NCBI GenBank assembly: GCA_039180865.1
Contig: JBCDCZ010000002.1
Span: forward strand, 2,196 to 66,195
Origin: Pseudomonadota bacterium
GTDB taxonomy: Bacteria > Pseudomonadota > Alphaproteobacteria > Rhizobiales > JACESI01
Reading direction: 5' to 3'
Length of the DNA stretch: 64,000 nucleotides
The translations under genes were made by a program, and so were the position numbers. The notes under the pieces are model-generated. The model saw only the letters and a program-made list of their open reading frames with translations. It was not told where the DNA came from and made no database searches. This document shows, piece after piece, positions 28,804-39,341 of this stretch; position 1 is the first letter of the stretch; each line of letters opens with the position of its first letter.

Positions 28804-29508
28804 ATGTCAGTAGAAAAAGTGGCCCTTATCACAGCTGGAGGCAGCGGTATGGGAGCCGACGCAGCACGCCGCCTTGCGGACGATGGGTTCAAGGTGGGTA
28901 TCCTGTCTTCTTCCGGCAAAGGCGAGGCACTTGGCGAAGAGCTCGGCGGCTTTGGCGTAACGGGCTCAAACCTTGATGGCGATGCTTTGGCGGCGCTCGT
29001 AAAAGGTGCAGAAGAGCGATGGGGCCGCTTAGATGTCCTCATTAACTCGGCAGGACACGGCCCGAAAGGACCAGTGCTCGAGATCAGTGACGATGACTGG
29101 CATCAGGGCATGGAAGTCTACCTGATGAATGTGGTGCGCCCGACGCGCCTGGTCACGCCCCTGATGCAGCGCCAAGGTGGCGGCGCAATCATCAACATCT
29201 CCACCTTCGCAGCTTTTGAACCGGATCCCTTGTTCCCGACATCCGGCGTCTTTCGGGCCGGTCTTGCAGCCTTTACCAAACTCTTTTCGGATAAATACGC
29301 CGCGGAAAACATCCGAATGAACAATGTGCTACCTGGCTTCATCGACAGCCTGCCGGAAACCGAGGATCGAAGAGCGCGGATCCCAATGGGGCGCTACGGC
29401 CATACAGAGGAAGTCTCCGCGCTCATCTCGTTTCTCGCGTCTCCCTCCGGGGGATATATGACGGGGCAAAATCTCAGGATTGACGGCGGGCTGACACGTT
29501 CAGTTTAA
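28804..29508 (+). CDS. Short-chain dehydrogenase/reductase
   Basis: ALITAGGSGMG, INSAG, NNVLPG, GQNLRIDGG. Confidence 0.92.
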   Translation: MSVEKVALITAGGSGMGADAARRLADDGFKVGILSSSGKGEALGEELGGFGVTGSNLDGDALAALVKGAEERWGRLDVLINSAGHGPKGPVLEISDDDWHQGMEVYLMNVVRPTRLVTPLMQRQGGGAIINISTFAAFEPDPLFPTSGVFRAGLAAFTKLFSDKYAAENIRMNNVLPGFIDSLPETEDRRARIPMGRYGHTEEVSALISFLASPSGGYMTGQNLRIDGGLTRSV

Positions 29509-29671
29509 AGGCCGCATACCGTATAAGGCATCCCCAGTCGTAACCCAGAGATCCGAAGGCTTTGCGACGCGCAATGAGGCCGTTTGTCCGGCCCATCCTC
29601 AAAGAGCCCGCTTCATTGCGATGCACTGAAATGGTACCGTCCGCTCACCTTAGAAACAGGACGAGTCCCAG

Positions 29672-30058
29672 ATGCCAAAAGCCATTATTCCCCAGGATTT
29701 AGAAAGCTATGTCACTGCCTGGAAGATGTCTCCAGGACTGGAGCATAACGGCTTCATCTTCATGACGGGCTTTACCGGTGCAGACGCGGACGGCAGATAC
29801 TCAGATCAGCCAGGTGATCAGATTCACGCAGTTTTCGAGAAAATCAGCATGGTTCTGAGTGAGGCGGGCCTAGGCTTTGAGCACATCGTGGAAATGACAA
29901 GCTACCATGTCGGACTTCGCGATCATCTCGCGGAGTTCAAGGAGATCCGAGCCAAGTATGTTCAAGAGCCTTTTCCCGCATGGACAGCTATCGAAGTCGC
30001 CGGATTTGTACGCGAAGGTGCGATTATAGAAATCAGATGCATCGCAAGACGAGACTAA
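29672..30058 (+). CDS. RidA family protein
   Basis: IVEMTSYHV, PFPAWTAIEV, IIEIRCIA. Confidence 0.88.
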   Translation: MPKAIIPQDLESYVTAWKMSPGLEHNGFIFMTGFTGADADGRYSDQPGDQIHAVFEKISMVLSEAGLGFEHIVEMTSYHVGLRDHLAEFKEIRAKYVQEPFPAWTAIEVAGFVREGAIIEIRCIARRD

Positions 30059-30106
30059 GCGCACCCGAAGCGGTCCTTTCCACCCCCGAACAAGAGAGAT
30101 TACCCG

Positions 30107-30457
30107 ATGACATTAAAACGGACCCCTTATCAGGGGCTTGGGCGATGCAGAGCCGTCGTCTCCGACGGCCTCGTCTATGCGGTTGCGACCGACCCTCATG
30201 AGGCGGACGGGATCCTTGAGCAGACGAAAAACACACTCGAGGAATTGGAACGCCTTTTGGTCGAGGCGGGAAGCGGCAAGCCTGGTCTTCTTCAGGCGAC
30301 CGTGTATGTTGCGGACATGAAGGAAAAGGCAGCCATGGACAGCGTCTGGATCGACTGGATCGGGCCGGAGGAGAACTGGCCGCAACGGGCCTGTGTCGGG
30401 GTCGATCTCGCGGGCCGCGATCTCATCGAAATCGTCGTCACCGCCAAGGTTCTTTAA
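30107..30457 (+). CDS. RidA family protein (YoaB-like)
   Basis: MDSVW..WI, PQRACV...L....LIEIVVTA. Confidence 0.88.
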   Translation: MTLKRTPYQGLGRCRAVVSDGLVYAVATDPHEADGILEQTKNTLEELERLLVEAGSGKPGLLQATVYVADMKEKAAMDSVWIDWIGPEENWPQRACVGVDLAGRDLIEIVVTAKVL

Positions 30458-30572
30458 GGACCCGACGTGCGTAGGCACGACGGGCGTTTCGATTATCCCG
30501 TTGCCAAAGCAAACAAAGCCGGGGTGCTGAAACACCCCGGATTCTATAGGTCGGTTTTAAAGGAGCGGAGCC

Positions 30573-31253
30573 TTAAAACTTCAACCCGTCCGCGCCTGCC
30601 GCAGCCTGGTTGCTATTCGGCACTGCAGCCGCAGCTGGCAAGTGTGTTTGTGCGCCCGAATTTGGCTGAACTGGGAAAGGCACCTGTGTGTGCTGCGATC
30701 GTCCCGTCTGCTGAGGCGCGACATAGGCCGGTGCAACAATCTGCGGCGCACTTCCCTGTTGCGGAGCGGCGTCATAGGGCTGCGCGCTACCCTGGACAAC
30801 ATGCGGTTGAGCCGGAACGCGGCGTGCCAGAACGGCGTTCGATTGCTGATAGAGCAACACAAGGCCGGCGTTACTGAGCTTGCCGGTGACCGGCAAGCGA
30901 TTTGCCGCCTGAAACTGCCTGACAGCCGTTCTCGTCCGGCGCCCGGCGACACCGTCCGGAACGCCCGCATCAAAGCGCAAAACGTTCAAGCGGGTCTGGA
31001 TATCGAACATCGCATCGACATCGGCCTGACTGCGTCTGGCGATGGATCTCGGGCGATACCGTTTCGTATAAGTTCGCGTCTTCTTTCTTTTGTGATGTTT
31101 GTAGACTTTGTGGGCCACATAGCCTGCGGCAGCGCCAGCTGCGAGGCCGCCAAGGATTTTCCCGGCTTTTCCGGCCTGCACCTGTGTAATTGGTGCGGAC
31201 AACAAAAGTGCGGAGCTAAGAGCAAGAATACTTGCAGATTTGATAAGGGACAT
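30573..31253 (-). CDS. Exported protein with peptidoglycan-binding domain
   Basis: Signal peptide; IQTRLN.L.FDAG.PDGVAG.RTR.AVRQFQ....L..TG; low-complexity Q/P tail. Confidence 0.8.
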   Translation of the reverse strand: MSLIKSASILALSSALLLSAPITQVQAGKAGKILGGLAAGAAAGYVAHKVYKHHKRKKTRTYTKRYRPRSIARRSQADVDAMFDIQTRLNVLRFDAGVPDGVAGRRTRTAVRQFQAANRLPVTGKLSNAGLVLLYQQSNAVLARRVPAQPHVVQGSAQPYDAAPQQGSAPQIVAPAYVAPQQTGRSQHTQVPFPVQPNSGAQTHLPAAAAVPNSNQAAAGADGLKF

Positions 31254-31651
31254 GGGGTTTCCAATCTTCGGTTCGTGGGGTCGATGATTGGAGAGTAAGA
31301 AGCGAATTTTTCAGCTCGATTTCTGACAGGTTTCTGTTTCGTTTCAGCAGCGCATTGAAGGACCGCAATGTCTGCGTTTTGAGCCGGATTGGCGCTCAAT
31401 GTGCCTTGCTGAGAGACCGTTAGATCCATCTTATCGTTGACTTTTTTTGAACTAGCCGCAGCGTGAAACAATTGAAACGCGAAAAGAAATGAACGCGCAT
31501 CAAAAGACCCTCATCCTGACAGTATTGCAATCCCTCACCCCAAAGAGAGGGAGACAAGGATACTGAATACAATGATCCTCTTTCGAGCGGCTTTTAACGG
31601 CAAACCGAAGCCGAAATCATAAGACAGCGACCGTAGAAAACCTGAAGGGCA

Positions 31652-31684
31652 GAAGGGGTGCAAAAAGCCTCGCACCCCCCTTTC
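31652..31684 (-). terminator. Intrinsic terminator downstream of the RTX gene
   Basis: GGGGTGC...GCACCCC hairpin with short U-runs on both strands. Confidence 0.55.
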
Positions 31685-31727
31685 CGGACTGACCTTCAGC
31701 GGCTATGAGCGCCGCCACGCCTCTCCA

Positions 31728-34700
31728 TCACATGAAGAAATCATCATTCGTCGGGGGCGGAGCAATCGGCTCCTCGACGAGTTCAAAGCGGACGGAATCC
31801 GCAATGACGGTCCCCGGATCGCTTGCATCTGCCGCGCTGTACCGCACAAAGAGCGTCTCACCCGCTTCGACCTCGACAAATCCTAGTTCTTCCCATCGGG
31901 GTCCGAGGCGATCACTCATATCGAAGTCCTCGAAGACAAAGACATCGTCGCCTGCACCGAACGCAATATCGATTGCTCCCGTATGGCCGCTATGGGCCTG
32001 ACCACCCGTATCTCTGATGTCGCGCAGCGAGACCTCGTATGTGCCTGAGGTTTCGGCGACGGCTTCAAAGGATATCGTCGCGTCGCTCCCGGACTCCGCG
32101 AAGAGGAAATTGTCACCAAGGAATCCGCCGGGAAAGGCCGCACCGGCATCCTGCCAGTCGCCCGTCAGGATTGCGTCATCGTTGTCAACGATCAAGAGCC
32201 GGTCGGCGATAAGGGCCGGATCGTACCCGCTATACACATCACCGGCGATCCGCCCTGTCAGAGTAACACCGTCCCGGGTCTCCTCGACGAGATTGAAATT
32301 GCTGGCAGACGTGGCACCGGTCGTGATCGCGGCAAAAATATGGGCGTCTTCGGTGACAAAGCGCGGCGCGTCATTGTCGACAGGCCCGTTATGCCAGGAC
32401 CCCAGAATTTCGCTGACACCGCCATTGATCGTCTTCACAATGGTTCCCGGACCTTCCGTCTTGAGCCCGAGAACGACGAAGTTTGCGCCATCATTGACGA
32501 TGTTTGCCTCAAAACCCAAAGCCTCGGTGTCTCCTTCAGTATTGAGCTGCCGGGCATAGGCGTTTTGATCTTTCAGCTGGACGGATGGGCCAACAAAGTT
32601 CTCAAAGTACACATCGCCTTGCTCCCCTTCCGCGACCGCCTCATACCGCCCGCCAGTAATATCCTGGAGAACGACCGTGCGGTCACTGTCATGGAGGAAG
32701 ACCGTGGGATTTCCCCCATTTCCGAAAGCATTTATTGCTTCAAAGGTGACGACGTCCGGTTCACCGTCGGCGATGCGAAAGACCGTATTTCGCCCCAAAT
32801 TCCCTGGATCGGATCCGATAACGCGTTCAACATTTCCCCGAACGACGATTTCTCCTTCGAATATCCATCGTTCGTCAGCCGCTGGAATGTAGACCGTCGT
32901 GGCACCGGAATCGATTGCAGCCTGGAACGCCGCAGTCGCATCGACACCCGGAACACCGCCGAAATCAGCGATGTTTGCCCAATTGTCGAAATCGGGATCA
33001 AGCGGCACCTCCGGTGTTTCCCTCAGGTCCAAGCCAATCCGCGTATCGGGACTATCGAACAACTGGAACGCACCGCCACGACCAGACGTTGCAGAACCGA
33101 CGGCGAAATACTCGTCGATATCGTCCACATTGACGTCTCTGTTTCCGAAAAACCCTTGGATCTGGTTTTCCAATGATCGATTGAAGCCCTCAGTCGTTAC
33201 ATTCTCGCCGTAAAAGAAACGCGTATTGATGATCGCCGGGTCCGCCATGTCGGGATCCGTCGACGTAAATTCGCTGTCAATCAGCAGTGCCCGCGAGGAT
33301 TGATTACCGTTCACCAATCCAACGCCTGGTCCCTCATAATCGACCTGACGCGCGAAGATACCGTCGGCAAATCCGTTATTGATCCCGACCTCTTGTCCGC
33401 GCAGGGTCAGACCTTCAACGGTGACGCTGTTTCCCTGAAACCGGTTGTCGATCCCGATGTTGAACCCTTCGATCGTTACATCCTCAATGAATATCGGGCC
33501 GGTCTCCCCCGTCGTCAGATTGAGGCCGATCGATCCGCCATCGTCCGAGCGGATCGTGACATTGCGGATCGCGGATTGATTGTTGCCATTGAAAGAAAGG
33601 CCAATGGCATCGGGGTTCCCCACACCGATATCGAAGGTGACATCCATGACGCGGTTGTTGAAGGCCTGGGCGACACCTGGCGTATATTCAAAGATCCCGC
33701 CCTGGAAGTTGAGATTGTCGGCAAGTTTGAAAATCGTACCGTCTTCGCTCTCCCCCTGGATCGTGATGAAATTCGGAACCGGCGTACCAACGCCGTTGGG
33801 AAATGTGAGCGTGTCGGAGATGTCATAAACGCCGTCCTCGAAGAAATATGTGACGCGTGTTTGAAACGTATCGAATAGGGCTTGAAGGGCTGCCGTATCG
33901 TCGATTCCGTCATCAGCGATGACGCCAAAGTCGGCCACATCGATGATCCCGAAATCATCCGGGAACGGAATGGGTGAATCGAAGGAAAAGTCGGCTTCGC
34001 TAAGCTGATCGCCGCGCACGCCATCGATGAACACCGATGTTTCCTCAAGGCCAATTGTTACACCGCGCCCGGAGTCTGAAAATGTTAATTCTTCAAAGGA
34101 ACCGTCGGTAAAACGGATTGTGTCGACGCCCAGTTCAAAGCCATGGAGCGTGTCACTCCCGTCATCGGTTCCAAAAATGAAGGCGTCTGAACCTTCGCCA
34201 CCATTAAGCCGATCATTACCCGCGCCGCCGATGATCGTGTCATCACCATCACTTCCTTCAATGCGGTCATCGCCGAGGCCGCCAAAGAGTTCGTCGTTAC
34301 CGCTTCCGCCGGATTGCCGGTCATTTCCGTCCCCGCCGTCAATCACGTCATTACCGGCACCGCCGGATTGCTGGTCGTCACTGACGCCGCCGATCAGCGT
34401 GTCATTTCCACCGTTGCCATCCTGCCGGGCAGCGACCGTGAGGCTTGAGGCATCGAAAACATCGGCACCCTCATTGCCCGTCACCCGTTCGATGCTGGAA
34501 AGGCCCTGATCGAGCGTGAACGCCATTTCCGTTGTGACTCTCACTTCATCGAAGCCATCGCCACCATCGATCAGCGTATCTTCGGCGTCGACGAAGAAGT
34601 CGTCGTCCCCTTCACCTCCGTAAAGTGCGTCGGCACCGGCACCACCATTGAGCCGGTCATTCCCCTCACCTCCAATGAGGGTATCGTCACCGTCATTTCC

Positions 34701-35738
34701 CTCGATCCGGTCGTCACCAAGACCGCCTGAGAGTTCGTCATTGCCTGTGCCGCCAGCTTGCCGGTCATTGCCGTCGCCGCCGACAATTGTGTCATCGCCC
34801 TCGCCGCCTGACTGACGATCGTCGTCGATGCCACCAATCAGGGTATCATTGCCACCGTCGCCATCCTGCCGGGCCGCGACGGTGAGGCTTGACGCATCAA
34901 AGACATCGTTACCATCATTACCCGTCACCCGTTCGATGCTGGAAAGCCCCTGATTAAGCGTGAAAGCTGCTGTCGTTGTGACCCTGACTTCATCGAAGCC
35001 GTCACCGCCGTCAATCAACGTGTCTTCGGCATCAACAAAGAAGTCGTCATCCCCCTCACCGCCGTAGAGTGCGTCGGCACCGGCACCACCATTGAGACGG
35101 TCATTGCCCTCGCCTCCAAAGAGCGTATCGTTGCCGTCATTCCCTTCGATCCGGTCGTCGCCAAGGCCGCCAGTAAGCTCGTCATTGCCGGCTCCGCCGG
35201 CTTGCCGGTCATTTCCGTCCCCACCGTCGATTGTGTCATCGCCTTCGCCACCTGACTGACGGTCGTCGCCAACGCCACCAATCAGCGTATCATTGCCACC
35301 GTTGCCATCCTGGCGTGCGGCGACCGTCAGGCCTGATGCGTCAAAGACATCATTCCCGTCATTTCCCGTCACCCGTTCGATGCTCGAAAGTCCTTGATCG
35401 AGTATGAAGGCCATTGCCGTTGTGACCCTGACTTCGTCAAAGCCCTCACCGCCATCAATCAGAGTATCTTCGGCATCGGCGAACAGGTCGTCATCGCCGG
35501 CACCACCGAAGATTCGGTCGGCGCCCGCGCCTCCATTGAGCCGGTCGTTGCCGTCGTTCCCAATCAGCGTATCGTTGCCGTCGCGGCCTTCCAGGCGATC
35601 ATTGCCCAAACCGCCCTCCAGGACATCGTCGCCTTCGGTCCCGGTGAGCCTGAGCGGATCCGTTGCTGCGGTTTCAGTTTCGGGGTCTGCCAGTCCAATA
35701 TCCGGCAGATTCTCGTTGTCTGAGAGAAACGATGACAT
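31728..35738 (-). CDS. Large RTX Ca-binding protein with Pectate_lyase_3/GH55-like beta-helix domains and a C-terminal golvesin/CBM-like domain
   Basis: GGxGxD nonapeptides in the N-terminal about 550 aa; DVADFGV..DDG.DDTAALQ and NIADFG....DATAAFQAAIDSGA..VYIP beta-helix starts; IVDNDD...GDW...ADSVRF C-terminal domain; GAGG RBS before 35738. Confidence 0.85.
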   Translation of the reverse strand: MSSFLSDNENLPDIGLADPETETAATDPLRLTGTEGDDVLEGGLGNDRLEGRDGNDTLIGNDGNDRLNGGAGADRIFGGAGDDDLFADAEDTLIDGGEGFDEVRVTTAMAFILDQGLSSIERVTGNDGNDVFDASGLTVAARQDGNGGNDTLIGGVGDDRQSGGEGDDTIDGGDGNDRQAGGAGNDELTGGLGDDRIEGNDGNDTLFGGEGNDRLNGGAGADALYGGEGDDDFFVDAEDTLIDGGDGFDEVRVTTTAAFTLNQGLSSIERVTGNDGNDVFDASSLTVAARQDGDGGNDTLIGGIDDDRQSGGEGDDTIVGGDGNDRQAGGTGNDELSGGLGDDRIEGNDGDDTLIGGEGNDRLNGGAGADALYGGEGDDDFFVDAEDTLIDGGDGFDEVRVTTEMAFTLDQGLSSIERVTGNEGADVFDASSLTVAARQDGNGGNDTLIGGVSDDQQSGGAGNDVIDGGDGNDRQSGGSGNDELFGGLGDDRIEGSDGDDTIIGGAGNDRLNGGEGSDAFIFGTDDGSDTLHGFELGVDTIRFTDGSFEELTFSDSGRGVTIGLEETSVFIDGVRGDQLSEADFSFDSPIPFPDDFGIIDVADFGVIADDGIDDTAALQALFDTFQTRVTYFFEDGVYDISDTLTFPNGVGTPVPNFITIQGESEDGTIFKLADNLNFQGGIFEYTPGVAQAFNNRVMDVTFDIGVGNPDAIGLSFNGNNQSAIRNVTIRSDDGGSIGLNLTTGETGPIFIEDVTIEGFNIGIDNRFQGNSVTVEGLTLRGQEVGINNGFADGIFARQVDYEGPGVGLVNGNQSSRALLIDSEFTSTDPDMADPAIINTRFFYGENVTTEGFNRSLENQIQGFFGNRDVNVDDIDEYFAVGSATSGRGGAFQLFDSPDTRIGLDLRETPEVPLDPDFDNWANIADFGGVPGVDATAAFQAAIDSGATTVYIPAADERWIFEGEIVVRGNVERVIGSDPGNLGRNTVFRIADGEPDVVTFEAINAFGNGGNPTVFLHDSDRTVVLQDITGGRYEAVAEGEQGDVYFENFVGPSVQLKDQNAYARQLNTEGDTEALGFEANIVNDGANFVVLGLKTEGPGTIVKTINGGVSEILGSWHNGPVDNDAPRFVTEDAHIFAAITTGATSASNFNLVEETRDGVTLTGRIAGDVYSGYDPALIADRLLIVDNDDAILTGDWQDAGAAFPGGFLGDNFLFAESGSDATISFEAVAETSGTYEVSLRDIRDTGGQAHSGHTGAIDIAFGAGDDVFVFEDFDMSDRLGPRWEELGFVEVEAGETLFVRYSAADASDPGTVIADSVRFELVEEPIAPPPTNDDFFM
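34180..35640 (-). repeat. About 3 tandem 444-bp (148-aa) RTX super-repeats
   Basis: CCCGTCACCCGTTCGATGCT recurs at 34477, 34921 and 35365 (period 444). Confidence 0.9.
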
Positions 35739-36330
35739 TCCACAATCCTCCATTCCCGGTAGAGCGCTAGCGAAAATCCACAATGCCGTAGCCCTACTCG
35801 GGTACCGTTTGAATTCGCTCAGACGATTGTGGAGAATTGTGTTTCTACCGGGATGAAAAGCGCGGCGTTCAGGCGGCGATTTGTCATTGGGATCAACACC
35901 TAGGGCTTTTGAGAGGTGTGCGACGATCTGTCAGGATACGCCATCGAATCGCCGAAATTACAGCACCAAACGTCCGGGCCGGATCCCGGCAAATCGCGTA
36001 AACCACTGTAATTGTAAGACGAATAGAGCGGGCCGAACTCTGCCCCTGAAGTTTACCGATCCGATCGTGACGGCGATCAGGTCGGTCGCAGGAGTATTCT
36101 GTCGAAAGACCGATCAGTCTCAAAACATCAAGTCTGGTTCCGCAGCGATACGAGAAGTGAAGAGACCGGCTTGATAAGAGGTTTCGAAATGGTCATTCGA
36201 AGACGGTAGATGGCGACGAATAGTCTTTGCGCATCAGGTGCATGCATCCTGCTGCATACTAATCGGAGAATTACTTTCGATCCAGGTTGACTTTTTCCGC
36301 CGCCATCGGTTGTACCCGCTGCGATCATTA

Positions 36331-36897
36331 TCACTCACTGAGGCCAGCCGCCTTTTCGAACACATACCAGTTTCCTTCATTCCACATGATGTGCTGAACC
36401 ATCTTGCGGATCTTCCAACCCTTCTCCGTGTGCACCAGCCAGTTATCGTAATACCCGACCATGGTCTGAACCGCCCCACCCCGCTCATTCGGAAGATAGT
36501 GGGAGGCGTTAAGGAGCGAGCGCACATAGGCCGTATCGCCATCGACCTCGATCATTAGCGGCATCGCGATGTGCTGAGAGCCGTCGAGCTTTGCGAAGAA
36601 AGGTTTGACGGCAGCGATCCACTGATCCGCAGTCATTGTGGTCAAGCCGTCGCCAATCGAGGCCGAGAAGTCCATCTCGATTTCGTCGACGAACACGGAC
36701 CGATGAAGGGTCCAGTCCTTCATATCGAAGGCAAGGCCGTAATTGACGATAACCTGGCCGATCTCTTCACGATCGAGCAGAAGGCTGACTTGCTCCTCAG
36801 GAGAAGTAGCGCGATCGATAAGAGGTGCCTGTTGTGAATGAGCGGGGCCACTCAGGGCAAGCATCACGGTCAGTCCGGCTGCAAAAAGGGTCTTCAT
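36331..36897 (-). CDS. Exported SnoaL-like (scytalone dehydratase-like) protein
   Basis: Signal peptide; LLDREEI, D.KDW, SQH, GYYDN.LV....GWKI. Confidence 0.82.
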   Translation of the reverse strand: MKTLFAAGLTVMLALSGPAHSQQAPLIDRATSPEEQVSLLLDREEIGQVIVNYGLAFDMKDWTLHRSVFVDEIEMDFSASIGDGLTTMTADQWIAAVKPFFAKLDGSQHIAMPLMIEVDGDTAYVRSLLNASHYLPNERGGAVQTMVGYYDNWLVHTEKGWKIRKMVQHIMWNEGNWYVFEKAAGLSE

Positions 36898-36924
36898 AAC
36901 GCGGTCCTTTGTTTCCAGGTGAGT

Positions 36925-37428
36925 TCACTCGGCGGCCGGTTTGCCGTCGGAAATATGCTCATGCATGATCCGCCAGCCATCGGGAGTGCGGACCCAGACC
37001 AGCGTGAAGTGTTTGAATACATCGAGTACCGTCCCGTCGGTGAGTTCCAGTTCACCCGTCATGTCAAAGGTCACCAGCGCCCAGTTGCCCTGCGGGCGAA
37101 CCAGCAGATCGCGAACCTCCCCCGGTTCGAAGCGGGATATTCCTTCGAAGGCTTTGGGCCAAATGGGGGCATATTCCGCCCAGCCTTCCAGGCGACTGTC
37201 AGCGCCTGGTACCGCGAGGGCATCGGTGTCGAGTGCGGTTAACCGATCATCCGTCAGATAGATCTGTTGCGCGATTTCCATGGAGAACGGGTGCTCAGGC
37301 GTATCGCGCCATTGCTGAAAATACCGGTTCTCGATCACGTCGGCGAAATCGGGTGCGTCTTGCGAAACGGCAGGGGTTGCTAGAGCGATCCCCGCGGCGA
37401 GCGTAACGAGTGCGACTGTCTTCAACAT
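36925..37428 (-). CDS. Exported SnoaL-like/NTF2 protein
   Basis: Signal peptide; TLVWVRTPDGWRIMHEHIS. Confidence 0.82.
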   Translation of the reverse strand: MLKTVALVTLAAGIALATPAVSQDAPDFADVIENRYFQQWRDTPEHPFSMEIAQQIYLTDDRLTALDTDALAVPGADSRLEGWAEYAPIWPKAFEGISRFEPGEVRDLLVRPQGNWALVTFDMTGELELTDGTVLDVFKHFTLVWVRTPDGWRIMHEHISDGKPAAE

Positions 37429-37467
37429 TTTAAGTCTCCTTCAAGAGTTTTGCTGACCAGACCGGGA

Positions 37468-38316
37468 TCAGGCGGCTGATTGCGAGTACACGGTCGAGGC
37501 CGACACCTCTTCCCACTGGTCGACGTCGCCGCGAACCTGATCGAGTTTTCTGCGAATTACACCGACGGCATCTGCACCCAGAGCAAGGTGGAGCGGCGGG
37601 TCTTCGGTCTTCACGATTTTGAGGATCGCCTCGGCCGCCTTTGCCGGATCGTTCGGCTGCTTCCCGTCCAAGCCGCTGATGAAGGACCGGAACTTGCCGG
37701 CAGGCGTCTCGGCATATTCAGCCCTCTTCGCTTGGGTGAAACTGAGCGAACCAGCCGCGAATTTCGTGCGGAAGATGCCGAGCGTCAGGATCGTCGTCTT
37801 GATCCCGAAGCCAGCGACCTCCTGAGCGAGCGCTTCCGACATCACGTCTGTTGCCGCCTTGGCGGCGGAGTAAACGCCGAGGCCCGGAAATCCGGTGAAA
37901 CCACCCACTGCTGAGAATGTCAGGATATGGCCTGATTGCTGGCGCCGGAGCAGGGGCAGCACCGCCTGAATGACGTTGAATTGCCCGAAGAAATTCAATT
38001 CGAACAATGCGCGTGCCTCAGCCTCGCTCGTTTCTTCCACGGCGCCGACGGTACCGGCCCCCGCATTGTTCGCAACAACATCGATACGGCCAAAGCGTTC
38101 AACAGCTTTTGTTACGGCTGAATCAACCGCAGCACGGTCTGTCACATCGGCAATCAATGCGATTGCACGTCCGGGCGCCAGAGCTTCGAATGCTTCCGCC
38201 TGCTCCGGTTTCCGCAGCGTTCCGGCGACCCGGCCGCCAGCATCAAGTACGGTCCTTGCCAGTGCGCGGCCAATACCGCTTGAAACACCGGTGATGAAAT
38301 AGGTCTTGGTCGTCAT
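37468..38316 (-). CDS. Short-chain dehydrogenase/reductase
   Basis: FITGVSSGIG, NNAG, YSAAK; PLHLALGADA. Confidence 0.92.
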   Translation of the reverse strand: MTTKTYFITGVSSGIGRALARTVLDAGGRVAGTLRKPEQAEAFEALAPGRAIALIADVTDRAAVDSAVTKAVERFGRIDVVANNAGAGTVGAVEETSEAEARALFELNFFGQFNVIQAVLPLLRRQQSGHILTFSAVGGFTGFPGLGVYSAAKAATDVMSEALAQEVAGFGIKTTILTLGIFRTKFAAGSLSFTQAKRAEYAETPAGKFRSFISGLDGKQPNDPAKAAEAILKIVKTEDPPLHLALGADAVGVIRRKLDQVRGDVDQWEEVSASTVYSQSAA

Positions 38317-38432
38317 CTGTTGTCTCCTTGTCTCGCACGACGGCTTTCCGTCTCGATGAACAGGAGATAACAGCTGCGGTTTTATGAATGTATCCATTGT
38401 TTTTTCATCTTATAGATGCAATTTTCGCATTT

Positions 38433-39341
38433 ATGAAAACCAGTCTCGATGACCTGCACCTCTTCCTTCGGATCGTTGAAACAGGGAGCCTGCGCGCGGC
38501 AGCGGAGGAAATCGGCACCGACCCGTCGAATGTCTCACGTCGGCTCGGTGGCATCGAAGATCGCCTCGGCATCAAGCTGATCGCACGATCGCGGGTTCGT
38601 TCATCCCCGACCGATGCCGGTCGCACCTACTACGACCGCCTCAAGCCCCTTCTTGAGAGGATTGAAGCTGTTGATGATGAAGTGGCAGGCGCGGCAGATG
38701 AACCGCGCGGTATTCTCAGGGTGTCAGCCCCCATCGATTTCGGCGTTCAGCATGTCGGCCTTTGGCTTTATGAACTCGCCGCGCTGGCACCACGGCTTTC
38801 TGTTGATCTTCTGGTCAATGATCGTTTTGTCGATTTCGAGGGCGAAGGCCTGGATGTGGCAATCCGCATCGGCGAGCTCGCTGACAGCGCGCTTCGCGCG
38901 CGAAGGCTTGGCGCCATGCCACTCGCCATCGTCGGCTCGCGCGCCTATGTTGACGAGCGAGGTGCCCCGGACCGGCCGGAGGACCTTTCAGACCATCACT
39001 TTGTTCTCTACTCAGGCCTGCAAGCCGGTAACGAACTGAAACTCAGCAAAGACAATGGCGAACGAGCGCGAGTGCGGGTCAATTCAACCTTCAGTGTCAA
39101 CAATCTTGGCGGTGTCGGGCGGATCGTCGAAGCTGGTGGAGGTCTTCATGCCGGACCGCTTTGGTACTTTGCGGAGGCTATTGAAAGCGGCAGTCTGGTT
39201 CGCGTGCTTCCGGAGTGGTTACCACCGACTTACCCGGTTCACGCGCTTTATGCACCCGGATCCTATGTCCCGGCAAAGGTCCGGCGCTTCATTGACCTTG
39301 CAGCGACCAGAATGCGCGCAACCGCTGGTATCGTTGCCTGA
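38433..39341 (+). CDS. LysR-family regulator (CrgA-like)
   Basis: LDDLHLFLRIVETGSLRAAA; G.DVAIRIG.L.DS; PAKVRRFID. Confidence 0.93.
   Translation: MKTSLDDLHLFLRIVETGSLRAAAEEIGTDPSNVSRRLGGIEDRLGIKLIARSRVRSSPTDAGRTYYDRLKPLLERIEAVDDEVAGAADEPRGILRVSAPIDFGVQHVGLWLYELAALAPRLSVDLLVNDRFVDFEGEGLDVAIRIGELADSALRARRLGAMPLAIVGSRAYVDERGAPDRPEDLSDHHFVLYSGLQAGNELKLSKDNGERARVRVNSTFSVNNLGGVGRIVEAGGGLHAGPLWYFAEAIESGSLVRVLPEWLPPTYPVHALYAPGSYVPAKVRRFIDLAATRMRATAGIVA

Noticed and set aside
34180-35640. Regular repeats as a CRISPR array
   Set aside because: They are in-frame coding RTX repeats with no unique spacers and no cas genes.
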